Origin: Lingula anatina
Lineage: Eukaryota; Animalia; Brachiopoda
Direction of reading: 5' to 3'
Assembly (NCBI GenBank): GCA_051362555.1
Contig: CM120642.1
Coordinates: 24,800,001 to 24,864,000 of the forward strand
DNA: 64,000 nucleotides
Shown here: piece by piece, positions 48,516 through 63,550 of the stretch
How the letters are laid out: each line of letters opens with the position of its first letter
Numbering within the stretch: position 1 is the first letter of the stretch
Translations under genes and position numbers: made by a program
Notes under the pieces: model-generated
The model's database searches: none
What the model saw: the letters and a program-made list of their open reading frames with translations, nothing else
What the model was told of the DNA's origin: nothing

Positions 48516-48693
48516 ACCTACAAAATAGTACTAGGGTACTGGAAAGGGATTTTAAAAGGGGCTGTAAAAGGTGAAAAGTTTCAAAGGAGTGGTTTTTGTG
48601 TCCCATACACTTACAAAATAATGCAAGGGCACTGTAAATGGACTTTGAAGGGGGCTTTTTTTAAAGGTGAAATATTTCAAAGGAGCGGCTTTT
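48516..48693. repeat. Diverged two-copy tandem repeat, about 93-bp period
   Basis: TACAAAATA...AGGG.ACTG.AAA.GGA.TTT.AA.GGGGCT...AAAGGTGAAA..TTTCAAAGGAG.GG.TTTT occurs at 48519 and 48612. Confidence 0.75.
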
Positions 48694-50695
48694 GACTTGG
48701 AAATATACTGAATGTTTTATTGATTTTTCTTATTATTACGGTGAAGTTTTATTATACTTCTTCATAAAAGAGGAGAGTGAGTGTATGGAAAAATAATGTT
48801 AAGAATTTCATGTGATCGATATCAGGTAAGAATAACACACTTCCAAGTTGAAAAGTGTTAGTAACATACAGATATTTATTGCATATATTTTAATCAAAAG
48901 TATTTTTGGGATGTAACAATACTGTAAAGACAAAACTCATTTTGATCAGAATTAGTAGAAATCTGTTTCTTTTTAAGAAGTGTGACTAAATGCTTCCTTA
49001 GGCTATGTTGTAAATCATGTCTGCTCTGTAGGCCTCAGTGTATCCATTTATCTCTCAGCATTTTCTACCTGTCATAAGTTGTTATAGAAAGCCATGTGAG
49101 ACACCAGAAAGGAGTATGTTTACCTGTATGCCCCCTTGATAGCCCTAGAGGATTTAGTGATTTAGTTGGCACCATTGTGATAAAATAGGGTAGCAAACAG
49201 TGGCTTTGTAGCACTTCTACACCAGACAGTAGGACCATATTTACTAGAGCATGGCAATAACACTGTTAATTTTCATAAAAACAGTTGATACGGGGACATC
49301 ATCTTAAATATAGTGTACAGTTATCAAAAATATGTGTCATAACCAATTGTAGTGTATTACAAAGGGAATTTCGGTCATCTAAGGACAGAAAACACCAACA
49401 CATTTTTTGCACCTATTGCGGATCAGGTAACAGGTGAGTGAATCAGCAACAAGCACACAATGAAAGGGTTGGGGTTATGATTACATAACCTTAAAATGTA
49501 TTCTGCCCTATTGATTATATTCTAATAAGTGGGATGGGAATATTTGGTTATGACCGTAAACAGTGGAAGGTGAGTCAATAGTTTGTAGGTGGAAATATAT
49601 TGTTTTTAATACCTTATGAGGGTAAACTAGTACGTGGTAGTGGTATTATAGGTGTAACGTTAAAGAAAGAAGTTGTTCACTAGACCTAAGATCTAATAAA
49701 CGGTATATTAGATCTTAGACTAGACACACTGAGATCTTACAGGGAAAATTATAGTTTTGGTTATACTAGTGATCATAGAACATTGTTGGTCTTTATTTCA
49801 ACTAAAATGACCAGATCCTTCAATTATCTAGGTAAGTTTTATTAAAATTTAACTTTTGCTGTTCTTCTGCTTGAAGTTGAAATCTTGTCTAAAAACACTA
49901 TTTTGCTAAAGACCTTCAAAAACTCCCACCTGTTGTTTAAATATACAATACTAATTTGTCAAGTTGATTTTAGAGGTTTGGCTTATAATGAGGGCTATTT
50001 AGGAAGATGATCTGTACAATATCTGTAAAATTACGTGTCAGATCCTATATTTGGGGGCCATGCATGTGCGTGTGTGTGTGGGGGGGGGGGGGGATCTTGC
50101 CATACCTGTTCAAAAAAAAAAAAAAAAATTCCCGTAAGTTTGATTACTCGGATTAGGTCCTGGAGTCGCCTAAGCTCCAGGTATTCACACCACGCGCCTG
50201 TTGCTCACACATTACACCAATGTGTAATCTCCTTTAATACCTTGAGCTCTTAACGAGATAAGGTCACTTGGTTCGGCTCTGTCTAATGGTCAAGTGGTCA
50301 TTCTGTGGAGACCAGTATACAAGTAGATGGGCTGGTATTTGGTTGAGTTATCTGAATGTACAACAGTCTGTAGTATTTCAAGTGACTTAGAGCATGAGGT
50401 TTGAATGAAGAACCATTTTCAAGATAATTGCCAGTACATTATGGAGAAAATGGACTTTGGCAGTGCAGTGAGACAGTAAGTGATCAAGTTGGGATACAGT
50501 AAGACTAACTTTAGCCTCGATTATTATGGGTCAGATAGTAAGTCTCTTGATGATTTCATCAGAAGACATGTTCTCTGAAGCTGATTGCAATATAGACTGG
50601 CCTGGAGCAACAAGCGGTTTATGATATAGAAGTTCAATTATTATTTATAGAAGGTCAAATTATATCAGACTTTTTTGCCCATAGAATAGGTCATT

Positions 50696-50864
50696 CAGGC
50701 TCGTAGCCAGGGGGGGTTCGGGGGGTTTGAAAGAACCACCCCTTTTGGTGGGGAAAAGGTCCACTCTGGGTAAAATTTGATGTAGGTTCATGAAGTTTTT
50801 ATGGAAAAAGGTCTACTTTTTCAGAAAAAGAACCCCCCTTTTGAAATTGCTGGCTACGGGCCTG
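50696..50864. mobile_element. 169-bp MITE with 15-bp TIRs and 5-bp TSD
   Basis: TCATT|CAGGCTCGTAGCCAG ... CTGGCTACGGGCCTG|TCATT (TIR match 14/15). Related to 7028-7119. Confidence 0.85.
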
Positions 50865-52781
50865 TCATTAAACTTAAAACAGTAAACTTAGTGTTTGAGA
50901 CAGCATGTTATTTGCGTTCTCTTGCTCTCTACTTGTGAGCACACACAGACACACACACACACATATCATGCATTTACATTGTATAGATAGGGCAGCAGCG
51001 TAGAGATAGTATAAAATTATCTTACTGAGGGTAAACACCACAGCAAGAAATTTATCTAGTTCTGTGTACAGCAACCAGTTTTTATTGCGTCTTATATATA
51101 TCCTGACTGCAGTTTTGTGAAAAATATGACAAAAAATGGCATAATAGATACAATAATTTAAAAGTTATTACAAACAGTTAATTATAATTTTGCTAATACA
51201 AAGTTTAACTGGAGTGTTTTCTATAATTTTTTAACTAATTTAAATATGTGTTAAATTTTAACAGTGGTTTACTTTGTCTTTTAACATCAAAGAATACTGT
51301 GCAACAAGTGATAAAGTGGAAGGTAAGCAATGGAAGGCTGGGAAGCTTCAGTTTCAAACATAAACACTGCAAAAAAACAACAGTATGACCTTGGTAAACT
51401 TCCACATTCCAAGGATGTACGAGAATATACTTTGTACATTCCATCAGAATAACATGGTTGAGATGTTTTTGCTGTGAACCTTATAAAAAGAAAAGAGGCA
51501 AAGCCAAATAATATTCTGATCTACCCTTTCAGTTAAGATGCTGAGAAGAAGGTGATATGTGTCCAGTATAAACAACTTTTGTGCACATATTTTGTTAGTG
51601 TACAGTTACAGTAGGTGTGTAGTGAAGGGCATATTTGAGGTAGAAATAGTATCCTACGTGTGCCATTATTAGCCCCATGCCCCGCAGCATGAAATGGCCG
51701 AGGAAAATTCTACAAGTAACCTAAACTGATTGTTTTTCTCTTTGGAATTTACACTATACTAACATTACTGGTATTCTATACCAAGCAGGTGAATTAGGTA
51801 GGTAGCAATATTGCTGAAGGAGGATATGGTTTAATACTACATTCAGTACATGTAAGTTGTCTTTGTGCCCAGTCCTGATACATGGTCTTTTAAGAATTGT
51901 GCCAAAATTGCTGTATTTCACTCTAAAGCCCACAAAGTCAATCACTTGTAAAAGTTTTAATGCTTATTTTCAAGCTGCTGCATATAATCGATATCTGCAA
52001 GAATAGTCCCTGTTTGTACATTTTCTGATATTTGTTTGTCTATGAAAATGTCTTGCCAGTCTATATTGCTGTTTTCATTTATATAATATTACATATAATT
52101 TAAAGTATGAAATAACCAAATTAAATTTGCATGTATATATTACTTGCTTTGCTTGTGTGCAGGCTTTCAACAAGTTTCAGGGCACAGAAGTTCATGACTT
52201 TTCTACAGTTACCACTTGTGTGCCAAAATTTAGGTTCGTTAGATCAAAAGTTTGAGGAGGTACAGTGTACATGTAGCTCTTAATTAATACACTAGGCCTA
52301 ATTTACTCAGGAATGTTGCTTCTCTAGAGACGTACCTGGAAATAGTTATGTGGATTAAGCAGATTAAGCCAGAAATTTGCCACAGGGTTACAGGAGGGCC
52401 ACCCTGAATATGGTAGCTCAGCATTGGAAAACTATAGCACTCTAGTCCATTTAGTTCTGTTAAAATACAGGGTGCAGAAGAGTTGATTCACCTAAGTTCA
52501 TTAACTTGGGAGTCAAAGGCGCCCAGGTTAGCTCTATTGTTTTCCTATAGCTAGCAGTATTGATAAGGGTTAAAACATGATTGATAAGAATGTATGGGAA
52601 AAGTGGTTTGCGTGGGCCCCTTAGGCAAGATTCTTCAAGTGTTTTAGGAAAAAAGTTTGGCATACATCTCAGTTCTTGGAAGTGCTGCAGGAGAAGAAGT
52701 CTGAGTTTCTAAATAAAAGTTTAAATTCAAATAATCCCATCATAAATCTTATCGATTTATTTCTTATTTGTTTCTTTCCAG

Positions 52782-52923
52782 GAGAGCGCACCAGGATGTC
52801 ATCGTCATCACTGACTAGAGTGTCATCAAACTCGTCTCTGCCAGGAAACGTCACTGGATCTAATATACCCAGGGTCTCTTCTAGTTCTTCGCTTCCTAGA
52901 AATCCATCGAGCTCTTCCTTAAA
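52782..52923 (+). CDS. BCAR3: BCAR3/NSP-family adaptor, serine-rich linker exon
   Basis: Acceptor tttgtttctttccag| and donor AAA|GTAAGT. Encodes (G)ERTRMSSSSLTRVSSNSSLPGNVTGSNIPRVSSSSSLPRNPSSSSL. Phase 1 to 2 exactly bridges the SAM and SH2 exons. Confidence 0.85.
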
Positions 52924-54986
52924 GTAAGTACTTAAGCTTTTATTCAAGTATATGTGGGATCCAGCTCTAAAAATTGAGTTAATTTATAAATTTTGTATCT
53001 AGTTATCATTTACCATAACGAAATTGCCCAATCTCTATTTTACAACAACATACTTTTTCTCTTTGTTGAATGATTGAAATAATTATGGTGTAGCGTATTA
53101 TTGACTCTCTCTCTCTAAAACTTATTTGCCAAATATCTGTGATGGTCACTTAAGCTTTTAGAGGATTAGAAGATTTTTTAATTTATTTCAGCTTCTTCAT
53201 TGAAAAAATATTAAAACAAAACAGCATGAAAAAAAGCATATTTCAGTTGAAAATGTTTGATTGAGAAACCTATGAAGTCTTCATAAGTCTCACATCTAAG
53301 GGAGTTAATATGTCATAGTAGACATCAAAGTAATACACAGGTTGAATAAGAATACATAGTATTGCATGGTAGAATGTGTTTTAAAAGATAACAAATGTTA
53401 CAGCACAGTGCTTCTTTATATTACATGTAAGTGAATTGGATACCTTGGGTGAGCCCATGACAAGAAAATTGGAACTTTTCTAGGCTTCAAGTAAGATGAA
53501 ATTTAACATGAAAGCCCAGTTGTGAAGAGATGGGACATCAGGTTTTTATCAAAATATGTAATGTAGGAAAGTAAGAAAATCTAATAACGGAATATAGGGT
53601 TTTTCTTAACAGAAAGCAGTACTTAGTTTTAAGCTTTTTTTTAAAGAATGGAAATATGCATGGCTGTCACAAGAGAAGTAAGCCAGACGTTTTTTATGTG
53701 CTCTTTGGGTAGCTCTATCAATACATTTTCAATGTGGTATTGGATTCTCTCCCAACATCAGTTAAATGTGGTACATCTAACACAATTTCATAACTTGGCA
53801 CATCTAGCACAATTTCATCAAGACGTCTCCACCATCACATAGCTCAAGTAACTGCTCTTTGCTGATGTATTGATCTTATGAATACTATTGAGCTCATACT
53901 GTTCTCTAAATGGGATATGACTCCTGTAATAATATTTTTAGATGTTTTTATGGCAGTTCTTGCTTAATCTGAAAGTCTGGAGAATGTAAACTTAATTTTG
54001 AAGAGGAGCCTTAATGTCAGTTTTGATAGTTATCTAATTCAGCTGACAAATGGGGTCATTTTTCATTTTTGTCATGTCAAATTTCATTTGAAAATATGTG
54101 CTGCTCTGTGTTAAGAAAAGAAATGTTAAGAAATGAAATACTTTTTTTTCTATTCATAAAAATACACACAGCAAACACTGTATAGGAATGCCATAAAGGA
54201 ACCATTATAGTGTCTGTTACAAAAAAAGTATATGTATGTTGACAGTTGATATTCTTAAAGATTATTGCATCAAAGATATCTCAATTTGGAATCAGTTAAT
54301 TTAAATGTTTTAAAGTAAGTCTGCATGAAATAACTTGCAATTTGATAATGGAATAACCTAGCAATTGACCTCGTCAGGCAGAGTCTTTGCTAGTACTTGC
54401 TATTCACATCAGTATCATTATGCATTATATACACTTGGAGTTATGGCCAAATGGGAGCCATTTTTCATGAAAAATGGATTTTATTTTACCATTCTGGAAC
54501 CAACCTGGGGTCCAGATTTAGAGTATAAATGGCAAAAATTAGGGTAAACAAAACATGCCTGTGAGTGTAATGGTTAAAACTAAAATGGCAGGGTGAACCA
54601 CGTTGGCCACATTGAATTCCTACATGATCTCTCTCACACAAAGGATTACTTGTACAACTTAATGTAACACAGCACAAGAGGGTGGAACATGTTCATAACT
54701 CCCAAGAGAAACTCAAAACAATTTTTCTGTCCTAGGTGTAAGATTTCTTGTAGATTTAGTAATTGGAGGAAGGGAGACTATCAGGGAAATAGTGGCATCA
54801 CTTTTTAAGTGGGTTTGGCCATATTTAGTTGGCAGATAAGTTAGTCCACGGTTCATTTGTTCTAAATGCTCTCTAAGTCAGTACCTCTGTGTGTGAACCC
54901 AAATCAGCTTACTAGTACATTTTATTCCCAGGATGTCTGTATCAGACTTTCAGGTCCCAGGTATTGAATTTAATAAAGCTGTTATT

Positions 54987-55171
54987 GAGCGTATTCAAAG
55001 CGGCAGATGAACAGATCCATGGATCAGATATGGCCGACCCACTTGAATGCTTGTTACATAATCTCCGCAGGGAATCTATTTAGTGTCTAATCCAGAATTA
55101 AGCAGCAAGCTTTTGAGTGGGTCGCCATATTTGATCCACGGATCTGTTAGTCTACTGTTCTGAATGTGCTC
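54987..55171. mobile_element. Fold-back MITE with apparent 3-bp TSD (ATT)
   Basis: ATT|GAGCGTATTCA...AACAGATCCATGGATCAGATATGGC.GACCCACT ... AGTGGGTCGCCATATTTGATCCACGGATCTGTT...TGAATGTGCTC|ATT. Confidence 0.75.
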
Positions 55172-58100
55172 ATTGTGAAATGGTTTCACCCAGAAATCTG
55201 GTGGCCTGACCAGGAGCTCATATTTAACAAAGACAATGTCAGTAACCATTGCAGTTACAGTGCCATCATGCAAATTTACCTGTGTATTTGATGGTGGTAT
55301 TTAGGAAAATGTTTCCCAGTTAAGAGGCTATTATCCCAAAATAAAGAAAGAAAAGACTCCATGAAACTCGGTCTAATTTATTACTTGTCTGAACTGAGAT
55401 TTAGATGACATAAATGAAAGGATGAATGTGTTATGACAAGTGGAGACGTTTCGGCATATACTTGATTGCTTGATGACATGGCATCATACATAGCTGAGTA
55501 GTAATGTGTATAGATTTTATTAGATGATACGGAGTTTAAAAACTATTTGGCTTACAGTCTTATGTGTTATACTTAGCAAAAATAAGAAATATTGAAGGAA
55601 AATAAGAGTATTATTTTTCATTTAAAGTTAATCTTGAATTGATGTGCACCTGAATCTTCCAGTCCTTAATTTTTCTTTTTTCTTCATAATTGAGTTATCT
55701 GTGTTCTATCGGTAGTTTTTCAACAGAAAGTACCAATGATACACATGATTTTGGAAGACCCTGTAATTGCTCAGTTATGTTCCAAATGTGAAGACTTAAC
55801 TTTCTCATTATGTACATTCCCAGAATTTTGTGAGCTTTGGGAATTCTATCTACTCAGCCGCTCTAACAAGTTCAGCCTTTTCATCTCATATGGGGGTAGA
55901 AAAGCTCATCCATCAGGACTTAAGATGAAAAAATAGATATAGTTGAGAGACAGCTTGTTAAATGACATGGCATTGGGGTATGTGCTGAGTGGTTGTTTTC
56001 AGATGATGAAATAGAGATTTTTGGTGCCAGCTTGTGAAATGAAGTATTGAGGAAAATGGTGAGTATCCTATGGAAAAAACATAGAAAAAGTCTGGTACAG
56101 TTGTACATGAATGTTGGATACTTGATCCTTTCTGAGCTCTTTCATGTGGAAGAAATAGATAATTTTTGGAGACAGTAGCACAAAAAAGAAGGAGTTTCTT
56201 TCCCAGTGGGGAAAAAAAGACAGACAGCTGGTAAATATTACATTAACAGAAATGTTGCTTAATGGAGAAAAAGTTGGCTTCAAGAGACAGCATACAGAAG
56301 ATAACATTGAATAGACTGGTAAGTGTTCTGTGCATCACCACAAAAACCTTTCTCCAAGGTGCCTATATCCATGAAATTTCTCAAAATAACAATTGACTGA
56401 CATTAAATAATTGCACACAAAGGTAGTATATGGTCATTATCACTTGGAAGAAGGGTTTTTGAGTAAAAAATATTGATGATGTGAAGATTTGAAACATGCT
56501 CTATATCAAGAAATTTTAAGTGTTTTAGAGTGATCTGCACTCTTACTCTGCTTTTTGGTCTCCTGTGGTGAGGAACATTGTCCCTAAAGGAATATGGATA
56601 AATCCCACATAGGTGATTTTACTTTTTTTTTTTGAAATTGAGAAATTGAACATCTCAAAGAGAAATGCTTCTGTTTAGTGTTCAGGTCCATGAATACCCG
56701 AGAAACATTGACCTCTAGCTTTTTGGGTGGGACTTTTTTTTCTTTGCAATCATGATAACCACTTATTTTTAAGAGGTGTACTCCAGACATTCGCTATGGT
56801 TTTGCATCAGTGATTATCATGGGAGCTGTTTCTGCTGAATTTGTAGACTTGTCTCTTCAGATTTAAGATTAAAACTTATGTTCTAACAGTGTTGTGCATT
56901 CCCATTGCAACTGAAGTGCAGATTGCTTTTCTGCCTGGCACTACTGGATTTAAGCCTATAGATCAGTCTGTGGAGAAAATTTCATCTGATTCAGATTTCA
57001 TCCTTTTGGCAGATGGTTAAAATTTCAGATAATTTTAATTGTCTTTACTTGAAACCAAGACTTGGGCATCCCTCCTTATAATTCCAGTAATGATATGTTC
57101 AGACAAAGTCAACTTAAGAACAAAAATCATGGCAATTTGTGTTACACATGTATTAGACAACCAAAATGATTATTGCACCTTTTTAGCAGGAATTTTAAGT
57201 GGTACTTTTGATGGCATGAATTTGTCTGAAAGTCTTTTCAAAAGTGGCCTCCCTCTGACCACACCCCAATGTAAGAGGTGCAGATGGGTTTCAGACTGAA
57301 AGTCTTTCCTGAGAACGAGAGATTGGATGGAAAGATTTATTTGCTGTTTCTGCCTGCGGAGGTACAGCTGCAATATGTTATTCAAACAACATGGCCGAGG
57401 TATGGGATATTCTAGGTTGAGTTTGTTTTGTTTAATTACATCTGTGTGCCAGTCTACCAGAGTAGGTGTTATACACTGCATGGATCACATCAGTCAGACA
57501 TTTATGTGGATTATGTCAACACTTCTGGAAAACAAATGTTAGCCATCTTAACATTTTGCCTTTCATTTGCACTGGTTGAATTCGAGGAAATTGTACCCAC
57601 ACTGGTGGCAGATATTGAACTTGCTGAAGCGGAAATTATGGCTGTTTAGGCCTACTCAGTAACTTCATAATTGATTGATATTACATGTTATACTGTATGG
57701 CAGATGAGCACATCAGGAATCCAGTAGTTAATGGTAAGTTTACATGAAAAGGATGTAACATACTGTAGATTAAACTTGGCGCAGGGTTGTTTAGTCTGGG
57801 TCTAGTAACAGGTGGTTAGTCTTCAGAAATATTCTATTTTAGAAAAATGCTCCTTACCTTATTACAGTTACCTACTCATTTGCAGTTTTTGATTTTTTAA
57901 TAATAGTGTAAAAAGACTATAAAATGATAGTAAAAAGACTAAAATTTACAAATTTGTAGTCCTTATTTGAGAAGGAATCATATATCTTTTCCTTATTTTT
58001 TTCCTGTGAACTTCCCTTTTGAGATCATCTATTTTATGTCTGGATAAATTTGCATTGGTTGATTATTTAAAGAGATAGTTCAACCCTTTTACAGTAGGTG

Positions 58101-58471
58101 ACATTTGAGTATGGATATGAGTGGAATATGTGGTAGGTTGAGGTTTGGAGAATATTATAAACTTGACACAAAACAGACAGAAGACAGTACCAACTAATTT
58201 AAAGAAAAAATACCCCGTAGGGCATGTAGTTTTCTTTTCTTAGAGATAAAAATCAGCATTTACTGTAAAGGGATTTAAATGAAATTGCACATCTTGTTTC
58301 GATCTTGTGGCTGCTTATTTTTTGATAACGAAGAAGATAAAATTAGATGAAGATTTGTATGGCCTTTGATGGTCTGCAGAAGTCCCTTGAGTGCTTCAAT
58401 AAAATAACAAATGTGATATTTCCTCCCTTAAGCATCTGTTAAGCAGCACGTGCTGTAGTTAATGACCCTTA

Positions 58472-58686
58472 CACCCCATTCTCATAGATTAGATCGACCT
58501 ACATTGGATCGACCTAACTCCCTGGGGGTTCACGCTAAATAGCTGTCAGCCGGGCGGACACGAAAGTTAATTACCCCTTAAAGCTTGTAGTAGGCGGGGA
58601 CGGACACTTAAGGGGGATTATCTGACAGTAATCTAGTGAGACTCCCCGCGGTGATAGATCGATCTAAAAGTTGTGAGAACAGAGCC
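58472..58686. mobile_element. Diverged relative of the 27520-27778 Harbinger-like MITE
   Basis: TTA|CACCCCATTCTCATAGATTAGATCGACCTAC...GGATCGACC...CGCTAAA...GTTAATTACCC...AGTAGGCG...TAGATCGATCTA...TGAGAACAGAGCC|TTA shares motif blocks with the 27.5-kb element. Confidence 0.65.
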
Positions 58687-61600
58687 TTAAAAAAAGAAAC
58701 ATGTTGGAATTTTGTAAGCTACTGTGTGAAAAACATCCTGTAACCAAAGTAATGTGTCATTTTTTTTTCTCAGTAAGCCTTTCAGCGCCTTCTTAAATGT
58801 AATTGAATCTTTTTAGGGTAAGTTCCATATCATTCTATTGGCTTTACAGGAAAACTTAAGACAGAAAATGTGTATACTCATAAGTTATATATCACTGGAA
58901 TAACCTCTGCTAGCTTCCTTCATTATCCTAGGTGCAAAGCATAAGTCTTACAAGATTCTTTCCAGAGAAGAAAAGTTTATGTTTAATTTTGAATATTAAA
59001 ATTATTTGAAAAAATGATATAAAAATGTCAGTGCAGGGCCTGTAGATCTATACCATACTGTAGATGGTTAGATATTATGTGTACTTAATGAACCTGTAAT
59101 GGAATGTTATTTGGGGTGGCAGTTCTTTCCACAAAGCTTGTGTGATAAAAGAAGAGAAGATGAAAAACAGATCACCAACCTGTTGATACAAATGGAGGAA
59201 AATTACTGTAAATCGCAATGTTAACTGATTCAAACTGAGTGGGAAATTTGCATTTAGTTTTCAGTTTTCATACTTAAACATGAATTAAAGACTATGTATA
59301 TGTTGCCAAAAAGCCTGAGCAAAGATATCCAACTCTGCATTTATCTTTGAATAATTAGTGGCTTGTTTATATAAATTAGATGCAAGCAGTATTTTGTATT
59401 AATTGGTATTTGAACAATTTTACTGCAATGATTTATCTAAATCTGTAAACTATAAATCATTTATTTTACTTTAAAGAGTTTAAAATAAATTTTATCATTT
59501 CTGTTGATATTAAACATTTTACAGCTGCCAGAATTATTGACTGAGTTTCCAGAAGGTAGAGCCCAGTGACTTGAAGTCATTTCAAATATTTTGTTTGAAG
59601 TAAATAAATAGGAAACAGAAGCTTTTGGCATATGGACCTGCCAAAAACACTAAAACACACATATTCAAAGGCAAAAGCTATGTAGAAATCTCTCAGGTCG
59701 TCTAGATGCCATACAGTTTCATATACATAGTCACAGCAGTAAAAATTGTGCCAGCTTGTCTATGTTGTGTAAGCTTTAAGTCTGTGGAGTCATCACTCTT
59801 AGGGCATTGCCCATCGTCCATACAATTTAGTGTTAGAGGACTGGTCAAGTTCTGTGGTCAACTGCCACCATCGGTCCATCCATATGTTACCAAGTGCCTA
59901 AAGCATTCTACATTGATGTTACTAAGGGACATATGGACAGATAGACAGATATGTCCACTGAGAGGTAGGAAGACATGTTGAATGTATATGTACAATCTAG
60001 GGGATAGTTTAAAAAATAGTTTTTGACACCATAAAGATACCACTTAGCTGAAGGTGATGCTGATAAAAGCAACATTTGTCAATTTAACAGGAAAGAATAT
60101 ATGTACTTTGACTATCTAGGTACATAATGCACCCAACCATCCCATGATTAGTGCTACACAGGATGGGTAACTGTAAATTAACTTCTGCAAAAAAAAAAAA
60201 AAAAAAAAATACTAGAATTTGCATGAAAAATCATTTTCTGTATAGCTTTTGTGTTAAAACAAATTTTCTGTATTTGATTCCAGCTATAAGAACATAGAAA
60301 GATTTTTTTAAATTTTGTACAAGCTCCTTGCATGGTATACGTAGTATACACAGTTTTAGATCAATTTGGCCAAATATCTCCCACTGGATTGTGATAATGT
60401 TTTGGAAATGTGTGCCATTATTTATTCAACTAGTGTTATTTCCTGTATCCGTGATGATGATCACATGCTTGCTCTAGCGTCATCATCTGGGCCATATTAC
60501 TGCATTTAAAATAATCATCAAAAATCCTCTGCTAAGCAAGTGTCACCTGCTTTTGAGCTGCATCTATGAAGGTTGAAGTATATATTTTATAAATTTTGAA
60601 GAGAGGCACAATTCCAATAAGTAAAATTTTTCTTTTGAACATGAAATATGGGAATTTTGATTATTAAAGAGCAATGCTTTGAATTTCTGTGAAGCGAAAG
60701 TGGAAAGAAATTATGTTATAGGACTCGTTTCTAGATGTCAGAAATTTCGAATAATTTGTGAGGTTTATTACAGCAACAATAGGGCAACTGTGATAGGTGA
60801 GACGGGGTCACATTTAATGATTGTGTTCCAGGCTTCGACATAAATGCACCACTTTGAAGAATTAACCACAGCTATACCAGGGCAGTTCTGCTCTTTTCAA
60901 AACATGTCTTCAAACTGGGGCCCTTCAAACTTGCAGTTTAGGAATATGTGCCTGTTTACAGTCTGTCAGACTTGTATTTTAAAACAGCTGTTGATTGTGC
61001 TGGTAGAATTCATGTGGTTTCATATCTGACATTTACAGGGAAAGGGAACTGCCTTCAAGTTTCTTTTAATTAAAATAGTGCAGACACTGTAACACTGTAA
61101 CCATTGATGTAGGAGGCTGTAATGTGTTTTAAGAAGGCCAATATGGGAGGGAGTTTTATCATTAACTGAACTAGGACAGAAAATCCCTTCATTACTGTTT
61201 GAAGAGTTTGTTTTGGTCATGATCGCTTGGGGTTTATGTTCGGCTCAAAACAATGACCAGGGGAGTTAGTACATTATTAAAAATGTAACATTTTGACATG
61301 TGGTTAAATGAAATCCTGGGTGTGTTGACATAATTGAACTTTGCGGTCACCAATGCATTGCTTCTGCGAATGCTCACGCTATTATTTTTGTTTGTATTTG
61401 AATAAATAGATGTTTATTCATTGTCTTGATGTTGTATTAAGAGGGAGATTCCTCCATAAATATGGAATAAAATAGGTAATGTTAAAAGTCTAATTTTTTC
61501 AATTTCAGTTTCAGACTTGCAATTTCAGGATAAGTCTTGCTGGCTGAAATGATACATAATTTGTCTGGCGGAGAATGAAAAATGTTTCCCTTATTATCCT

Positions 61601-63550
61601 AGTTATAAGAATAATTTCTTTATTTCATAATTGGGGAACACAAAAATGATGCCGTAGGGACTCCAGGGATGTGGTTGAGGGGCAGTAAAGGTGTGGGGGA
61701 TATAGTGTCATGTGGTGGCAATGGTCACACTGTGGTCAGCCACAGTTTCCTGGGCATGGGCATACACACACTGACCACACACTGACCTCTGGGTATTTAA
61801 TCTATAACTGTAGTCCATTGTTTTGGTTTGATAATAGTCTAAGTTATTTTATTTGAATATTTCTACTGTATAGTTGGCTTTTGGTTTAGAGAAGTGTTTA
61901 TGTTAAAAAAAAAACAGAACAAACAGAAAAATGAAAATGTGAACTAGCACACCTGATAAGATTTTCTTTCATTATGAAAGGAATCTCTGCATGAGATTAC
62001 GTTTTTCAATTGCACCTATACTGTTTTGGAAGTCATCAGAGGGATAGTTTCATGCTGTGTGGAAATGAGTACATAAACCTGATTAACAAAAAAAAAAATG
62101 ATAACCCACGGTGACATCAAACTAGTTTAGAGAATCATTATCTCACTGCATGCTCCGGAAAAAAAAATGCTGCTCCAAATCTGATAAAATGTTCATCAAA
62201 CTGTAATCCTGTACGCAAGAGCCCTTTGTTGTCTAGCTGTATCAAGAAAAGATGTAATATCTTTGTGGTTGGATTTCAAAGACCACAAACCTCATTTCTT
62301 GACGTATTGGTGTAAAGATAAGAGTTTTTCATGTTTTACTATGCTGTCCTCTAGAGATAAAGTCGATTGTTTTACTTTTTCAGGTCAGTATGGAATTACT
62401 CATTTAGGTGTGTGTATATTTTATAGTTCAAGTGCATTAGATCCCTTGGATGATTTCCTTTTGTTATGTTGTTATTTTGATATAGACTGGCCTACTCTAG
62501 TTTTTGAGACAATGGCCTTAATTGTTTATCAAATTTCCTACATGCAGTGTTATCAGAATATATAAAAACTAAATAAATAAGAAAGATGAATAAATAGCTA
62601 TGTCTCCTTCCTTCTCCAAATCTACATGTAATTGGGCAGTCCTCATTTTAAATTGCTAATTGAAAAGTCTTAATTAAATACAAGGATGACCTCAAGCATA
62701 CAATATCAGTTACATTTGTTGATGACTTTTTAAATTTTTTTTTACAAGAAGAGGTAGTGAAAGTGGTGGTGAAAGGAAATAGAAATGTTTAAGACAGTCA
62801 CTATCCTGTATGTTATCTGTGTATGTCACATTAATAGGTCTATGATACATGATACTTGATAACACACAAGGTGTAACATTCTCATTCCATATTTGTGATT
62901 AGTGCTTAATGACTTCCACATCAGCTTTAATGTGTGCCATGTGCCTGCTTTAAAAAATTAGAAATATTTTTGTTATATGAATGTGTTTCCCTTGTTTCTT
63001 GAAACAAAATGTTTGGAAATATCCTAAATTTAATCCTGTATTTCATTTGCTGCTATAACATAAATTTAGGGGAAAAATGCCCATTACAGCTCAAGTGTTA
63101 GTAATTCTTTGCATTTGCTTTGAAAATGTGTATTTTTATACTTTCAAGGAAGATATTTGTAAATTTTTAAGCTATATTTTACTTATGTCACAATTAAATA
63201 CCATTGCTGCAATTTAAAAAGAACTCGGACAGCTTTGTTCCTTTGACATATTGACCCCAGATGCAAGTTATATACTTTTCTCATTAACTCCTACTGTACC
63301 AAATGTTTGTTTTCTATGTTATTTGCTCTTAATTAAGTTTTAAGTCAATTTTGTGAGACCCCCTACAAGTATCGTATTCTGCAGCTGAGTTAACAGCATC
63401 TCTGTCTCATATTCTGATTATTTGATAGAGAGCCTAAAGACATAAATTATGAAGCACTCCATTGTTATCTGATGATCGACCTGCAATGAAAGCATATATT
63501 TAATTAAGCACCCTGTTTAGCTAATGCTCCTCTTTTATTTTCTCTTTTAG

